Of a DNA stretch of 62,525 nt, positions 57,889-62,525 are shown one piece after another. The position numbers and the translations under genes are program-made. Under the pieces are notes generated by a model that saw only the letters and a list, made by a program, of their open reading frames with translations, was not told where the DNA came from and ran no database searches. The first letter of the stretch is position 1. Each line of letters starts with the position of its first letter. The stretch lies in the IMG/VR virus record IMGVR_UViG_3300029672_000003; one strand, 5' to 3'. The DNA comes from a virus.

Positions 57889-60401
57889 AGATTTTCCACC
57901 TTTTCCTTTAACTGTTCTATCTCTTCATGCTGCAACTGCACTGTGGCAACCAGATCAGCGATCAGCTCTGTATAATTCAGTCCGTAATACTTTTCTCCGT
58001 TACCGTTTGAGAAAATTTGAGGGCAAATATTCCATCCTTCTTCCACACTTTCCAAAACATCCTGTGCTATAAAGCCATGATGAAATCCATCCTTTTCGAA
58101 ATTATAACGATACGATTTTGCTCTTAAAGAATAAATAAACTCAGATGATTGCTTTTTGCTTAAATCTAAAATTGTGTTTTTTATTCTTTTGTCAGATCCA
58201 TTAATTACTCCACCTCTGAATCCACCTACTCCGGTATCTCCGTCTAAATGGATCATCATGTGGTCATTATCGTTTGCGCCTTTATGCAATGAAACCTGAT
58301 TATATTGAACCGTACATTTATGAACAGGACTTTCAAGCGTCCCTTCCACTGTTCGAAATCCATCCGTTCCCATCTGTACAAGTGTTCCACTGCGTTTAAA
58401 TTCAATAAGGTTTTCTACAGACTCTTCCGTTTGAATATGCATATATCCCCCGGTCATTTCCATAGAACCTTTTAATTCAAGCAGTTTTGATTTAATTTTG
58501 ATACCCTCGGCTGACTGGTTGATTTCTGAAATGACGCTGTCTTTTGATACTTTCAAGCTGATCTGCTTTGATGACTGCGTAATCGTACTGGACGCACTCG
58601 ATGAAAGCTGCTTAAATTTCTTTATCAGAGTCCATTTGTATTTTCCACTGCTTATTCCACCATCTGGTTCACAACCATAAAACTTTCCAGTATTCTGATC
58701 CAAAAAACTGTGTCCAGAATAATACGAAGATGCAGGGTATGTATCTTGTGGATTCCCGAAACCACAATGTGTAACGTCATAATCTTCGGTATCCCATACT
58801 GTTAAAGAAGCACTGACTTCTGACCGTATCTTAGTTGCGGTCACCTCTATCTTTCCGGACAAATCGCCCTCTGCTTTGCTTGCTCTCGTAACTTCCGCTG
58901 TAATCTTGTCCTCATTAATTTTAATAGCTGCTGCAAGTTCAACTTCCTGCCCCTGTGCTCTTTTTACTTCTGCTGTAATATTATTTGCGTTTTGAGTAAT
59001 CCGTGATGATAGACCATCGGCTGTGTTTTTCACTTCCGTCCGGATTTCAGTCGCAGTCTGCGTTATCTGCGATATTAATTTCCGCTCTTTAACCTCGATC
59101 GTGCTCTGTGTCTTTTCAATCGTCCGCTCTAATACATTGCTTTTTCCCTTAAGCTGCAAAATACTTCTCTGTATTCCATTCGCTTTACTCGTTCGGTACT
59201 CTTCCCCATCCGCTTCCAAATCATCACGCAAAGCCTGTATGCCTTTCAGAGTTCTTTTCAGAATATAGGACTCGATCAGTTCATATCTGGTCGGCAGCCG
59301 CACTGCATCCCCAACTTCCAGACACGGATTTCCTTTGCAGTCCGCCGTAAACGGGCGGTAAATAATCCCTCTGATCTTAGAGAGAATATTTTTTGCAATT
59401 CCTTTCAGCTCTTTTGAACCTTTACCATAGACAAGAAAATTATCCTCGATCACATAGGCATTGTCTCCGGTGCCTACGATCACGCCAATATCATTCTTCT
59501 GTTCTCTGATCTGAAGTTTATTAATGGTTTTGACAAGATAATCTTCATAGGTGGCGGTAACATAGAATCCTTTTCCTATCTGCGTACTCTTTGGATTGCG
59601 CGGAAACAGATCATCTGCCGGATAAAGATCATTTCTCGGATATAATCCCTGTATTTCCTGTTCCAGATAAATATAATGGAACGTTCCATCACGCCCCATG
59701 TGCCCCACACAGCCGTTAATCTCACAGATGCAGGACAACACTTCCTTGCCGCTCATAGATTCGCCTATGGTGCTCGATTCCTCTGTATCAGAACTTGTCT
59801 CACTGGATGCCGTGACCGCCACGGTTTTCTCGATTGACATATTGTCATTAATGAGTGTGATGTCCGCCTGTTCGATTCCGAAATGCTTGAAAAAACTATT
59901 GCGGAACTGCTTCATAGTGACCGGATCATAAACTGTAACGGTCGTGATTGTGCCATCTTCATCTGTTTTCTGTTCCTCGTGCGACGGAAATACAGTGTTG
60001 TACCATGCTGCCACATCGGATGTTAAAACATCGTACAACGCGTCATAGGCGATAACTTCACGGCATGTTCTATCTGCCGTAGGTGTGTCAGAATCAACCT
60101 TGTATCTCCCGAACTGAAACGCCGCATCCGTGTGACCATCAAGTGACATTCTTACTGTCAGCCATTTGCCTTTCATTGGTAGAAATGTGTTTGAGACGGT
60201 AAATTTAATCATGGCAGCTTCACACGAACCAAACGTCAATTCCTGTTCCGAACACAAACTTTCGGTCAATTCGAATTTTTCTTGGTGTAGCTCTGTATTT
60301 GTGATATTGATTTTTCCGTCATCAGATACGATGGATAACTGCTTATCGACCGTATCTTTTTTGAACAAGTCGCCATATTTATAATTAACCACCGTACACA
60401 C
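57885..60401 (-). CDS. Tail-tip / minor structural protein with C-terminal Peptidase_S74 intramolecular chaperone domain
   Basis: C-terminus GSDKRIKNTILDL...HHGFIAQDVLESV...YGLNYTELIADLVATVQLQHEEIEQLKEKV. Confidence 0.75.
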   Translation of the reverse strand: MCTVVNYKYGDLFKKDTVDKQLSIVSDDGKINITNTELHQEKFELTESLCSEQELTFGSCEAAMIKFTVSNTFLPMKGKWLTVRMSLDGHTDAAFQFGRYKVDSDTPTADRTCREVIAYDALYDVLTSDVAAWYNTVFPSHEEQKTDEDGTITTVTVYDPVTMKQFRNSFFKHFGIEQADITLINDNMSIEKTVAVTASSETSSDTEESSTIGESMSGKEVLSCICEINGCVGHMGRDGTFHYIYLEQEIQGLYPRNDLYPADDLFPRNPKSTQIGKGFYVTATYEDYLVKTINKLQIREQKNDIGVIVGTGDNAYVIEDNFLVYGKGSKELKGIAKNILSKIRGIIYRPFTADCKGNPCLEVGDAVRLPTRYELIESYILKRTLKGIQALRDDLEADGEEYRTSKANGIQRSILQLKGKSNVLERTIEKTQSTIEVKERKLISQITQTATEIRTEVKNTADGLSSRITQNANNITAEVKRAQGQEVELAAAIKINEDKITAEVTRASKAEGDLSGKIEVTATKIRSEVSASLTVWDTEDYDVTHCGFGNPQDTYPASSYYSGHSFLDQNTGKFYGCEPDGGISSGKYKWTLIKKFKQLSSSASSTITQSSKQISLKVSKDSVISEINQSAEGIKIKSKLLELKGSMEMTGGYMHIQTEESVENLIEFKRSGTLVQMGTDGFRTVEGTLESPVHKCTVQYNQVSLHKGANDNDHMMIHLDGDTGVGGFRGGVINGSDKRIKNTILDLSKKQSSEFIYSLRAKSYRYNFEKDGFHHGFIAQDVLESVEEGWNICPQIFSNGNGEKYYGLNYTELIADLVATVQLQHEEIEQLKEKVENL

Positions 60402-60819
60402 CCCCTATGAAAGCAAGCCGAACTGAATTGTAACGAATTACCCCACCATATGTTCCATATATTGTTGGTTGAATATCAGCCATATAGCCATATTGTGTTA
60501 CATAATCGTCATATTCCGGTATGTATGCCGTAATATAACATGCTCTCCCTGTTGCATTTGTGAACTGGCTTCTGATATTATTTAACACCTCATTAAAAGT
60601 CTTATTTGTCAGCATTGTCGGTGTCTCAAACTCCACTTTTAAAGCCTTTAATTCCACGGCATTTCTATGCAGATAACCGTTGGCATCCGTATAATCGTCT
60701 AAATCCTGCATGTTAACATATGGACTATATGATTCTGCTTTCATAAAAGACATTGGCACTATGTAATTTCCAATCTTTAACAGCCATCCGCTGTATGCCA
60801 TGCGACCACCTCCAATCAA
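60385..60819 (-). CDS. Small tail protein in the distal-tail (Dit) position (probable start MAYSGW at 60801)
   Basis: Position immediately upstream of the tail-tip gene. RBS GGAGGTGG. Confidence 0.4.
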   Translation of the reverse strand: MIGGGRMAYSGWLLKIGNYIVPMSFMKAESYSPYVNMQDLDDYTDANGYLHRNAVELKALKVEFETPTMLTNKTFNEVLNNIRSQFTNATGRACYITAYIPEYDDYVTQYGYMADIQPTIYGTYGGVIRYNSVRLAFIGGVYGG

Positions 60820-61046
60820 GTTGTCTTTTCAGATTTACAAATATGAACACCGTTATCATCACTTAAAAATAAGATTTCCGTTTTTCCGTCCGGCAGAATA
60901 TCCGCCACAAGGCAATTATTCGGATTTCCTATTGGTGTCCGGTTTTCCGAGCACTTACCCCAGTCTATTGGTTTATATTTTTTCATGGCTATTCTCCTGA
61001 AAATAGGTATAAAAATAGCACCTACCACCAATTTGATAGATGCCAC
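60816..61046 (-). CDS. Small hypothetical protein (probable start MKKYKP at 60986)
   Basis: RBS CAGGAGAAT. Confidence 0.45.
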   Translation of the reverse strand: MASIKLVVGAIFIPIFRRIAMKKYKPIDWGKCSENRTPIGNPNNCLVADILPDGKTEILFLSDDNGVHICKSEKTT

Positions 61047-61060
61047 TTCTTTTTCTTGAT

Positions 61061-61165
61061 CTATTTTGTAATTACTTCGATATTGGGCGATTTAATCACA
61101 ATTTTCTCCGGTGTGTGAATTACTTCCGTGTTCCTATATATAATCCTGATTTCTAATTTGTTCAT
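61061..61165 (-). CDS. 34-aa ORF
   Basis: Strong RBS TAGGAGAAA overlapping the upstream stop codon. Confidence 0.4.
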   Translation of the reverse strand: MNKLEIRIIYRNTEVIHTPEKIVIKSPNIEVITK

Positions 61166-61175
61166 AAAATTTCTC

Positions 61176-61877
61176 CTAAATTTCATACTCCGGGTATGCT
61201 GCTTCCCAAACATCCCTATGATAGGTATTTACCTCTCCATAATTTGCATCAAAAATCTTTTTTACTCCATATCCAAGTTCGATGCTCTTTTCCTTAAGTT
61301 TCCGCCAGTTAAATGTTTTCCAGTCCACACCGTTCATTGCTGCAACACGCTTAATAGAATACCAGTCTTTGCTATAATCAAGTTCCTGTTGTAACTTTTC
61401 CTTTTCTTCTTCCGCTGCTATTCTAGCAATTCTTTCTTCTTTCAGCTCCGTCAATATCTTAATACCAAAGTCTGGATTGCTTAAAATATTATCAATTACC
61501 TTATCCGTAGCATACATACCATGTTTCCGGATGCTTGGAATGACTTCCATTGCGAGCCAGTTCTGGAACTTGTCCGCCGTTTTGTTGCTTGCTTTCATAC
61601 CAAGGCGATAAAAAAGCGGTTCTGGGATATAATCGTCTTTCCCAACAAGTTGGGAAAATCCAAACTCTATACAATATCCATTCATCGTCTCCCATCTTAC
61701 ATATGTTTTTCCGTTCTTTTCCTGTGTCCAGCCAAATCCTCTAGCTGTATCCTCTGCATTGATAGAAATACTTCCGTCCTCATTTAACATTGTTCGTGCT
61801 GAAAATCCAAGTTCTGGATTATTAAAAACTTCAATGTTATTTTCCTTAACTTTAGTTGCAAGAGCTGTATATGCCAT
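61176..61877 (-). CDS. Bro-N-domain phage antirepressor
   Basis: IEVFNNPELGFSARTMLNEDGSISINAEDTARGFGW... and ...FQNWLAMEVIPSIRKHGMY. Confidence 0.75.
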   Translation of the reverse strand: MAYTALATKVKENNIEVFNNPELGFSARTMLNEDGSISINAEDTARGFGWTQEKNGKTYVRWETMNGYCIEFGFSQLVGKDDYIPEPLFYRLGMKASNKTADKFQNWLAMEVIPSIRKHGMYATDKVIDNILSNPDFGIKILTELKEERIARIAAEEEKEKLQQELDYSKDWYSIKRVAAMNGVDWKTFNWRKLKEKSIELGYGVKKIFDANYGEVNTYHRDVWEAAYPEYEI

Positions 61878-62037
61878 ATTTTCTATCTCCTAAATTTCCG
61901 AGCCTTACATTTCGCAAGGCTCAATCTTTAAATTCACGTGCGTTAGGAACATACCCTAACAGGAGTTACACGCTATATATTTAGTAAGATTGCAATTTCC
62001 CGTGACGAAATACTGGAATATCTCAAAATTTTCGGGG

Positions 62038-62525
62038 CTAAGCGGACAGGTAAGTTATATCTGCAAATTGTTCTATTCTATTTTTACAATCCCTATAAAT
62101 ATCCTTGTAGTGCATACCCATTGACATATCAATTCTAATAGTCTGCAAAATAATGCTTTCTACAAGGGTTAAATTATTGAGATCTGAAACTGTGATATTG
62201 TCGCGATTTCCACCAATTACTGATTTTGCAAACTTGGTATATGTCACATACAGTTTATCTGAATGCGTACTTCCTTGTTCTTTGGCATAGTCTACAAGGA
62301 GTTTAATCACATCAGTTTCTTTCAGCCGATTTTCTTTATTAGCGATTCTTGTTTCGCCCCATAGTTTCGATTGCTTTTCAAGAATAAATCTGCGCATTGC
62401 ATAAAACTGTCGAACCAACTCTTTCTTAAACTTCACAACTATTTTTGAATTTCTCAAAAGAGTTATAACAAATGTTGCTTGTTCCTCATTCAAATAATAA
62501 ACTCTTTCCGGCTGTCCCCTTTTCC
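62038..62525 (-). CDS. Rha-family regulatory protein, C-terminal part (frame continues into 1-253; 62427-62525 duplicates 1-99)
   Basis: ...YLNEEQATFVITLLRNSKIVVKFKKELVRQFYAMRR... The ORF runs off the contig end and resumes at base 1. Confidence 0.7.
   Translation of the reverse strand, partial: KRGQPERVYYLNEEQATFVITLLRNSKIVVKFKKELVRQFYAMRRFILEKQSKLWGETRIANKENRLKETDVIKLLVDYAKEQGSTHSDKLYVTYTKFAKSVIGGNRDNITVSDLNNLTLVESIILQTIRIDMSMGMHYKDIYRDCKNRIEQFADITYLSA

Noticed and set aside
1-62525. Genome-wide stop-codon reassignment (TAG or TAA read as sense), suggested by the in-frame TAA at 2505 and TAG at 21155 next to a tRNA block
   Set aside because: All large genes are intact single ORFs under the standard code: tape measure 1483 aa, tail protein 838 aa, ATPase 702 aa, fibre 624 aa, TerL 577 aa, portal 478 aa. 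None of the tRNAs I could fold has a CUA, UUA or UCA anticodon. Only local readthrough or pseudogenisation remains plausible.

Overview
This window is a complete, circularly closed genome of about 62.4 kb. Bases 1-99 repeat at 62427-62525, giving a unit length of 62,426 bp. It belongs to a temperate siphovirus-type phage of a Gram-positive, probably spore-forming Firmicute. Support for that host call: AGGAGG-type RBSs, an Ltp lipoprotein, a Spo0A DNA-binding domain and a SigF/G-like sigma factor. Almost every gene is on the minus strand; only a CI-like repressor and two or three tiny genes in the immunity region are on the plus strand.

Gene order along the minus strand:
- TerS (24580-25191).
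- A 1.6 kb tRNA / tRNA-like block and a run of small Cys-rich genes.
- TerL, portal, scaffold, decoration protein and lambda-E-type capsid.
- Connector genes, interrupted by a holin-like pair.
- Major tail protein and a G/GT chaperone with a canonical -1 slippery site.
- A peptidoglycan hydrolase and the 1483-aa tape measure.
- A roughly 6 kb accessory island that crosses the contig junction (Ltp, RHH regulators, three antirepressor-class genes).
- Dit-like protein, a tail protein with an S74 chaperone, and the fibre.
- The CI/Cro switch.
- A long early region: AntA antirepressor, Spo0A-C, SSB, SbcC-like ATPase, RecT, sigma factor, MBL nuclease, ERCC4 nuclease, replisome organizer with iterons, DnaB, YopX, Lar, PAPS-reductase-like gene, DNA methyltransferase.
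- Integrase and attP.
- A five-to-six-gene compositionally odd cargo cluster.
- A second RHH-Rha-metallopeptidase cassette.
- An AT-rich iteron region just upstream of TerS.

The items most worth a second look:
1. The tRNA block. It mixes foldable class-II tRNAs with several tRNA-like elements, each lacking a different arm.
2. Duplicated P22 immI-like antirepressor cassettes, a three-member micro-peptide family, and a shared GTAAC-type operator motif.
3. A sporulation-directed gene set (receiver-less Spo0A, SigF/G-like sigma, odd cargo operon).
4. Several reading-frame discontinuities: a G7 tract in the PAPS-reductase gene, a 1-nt shift in the junction Rha gene, and in-frame TAA/TAG stops.
5. 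Lysis-type genes scattered inside the structural module.

All calls come from reading the sequence and ORF translations by eye. No searches or folding programs were run.
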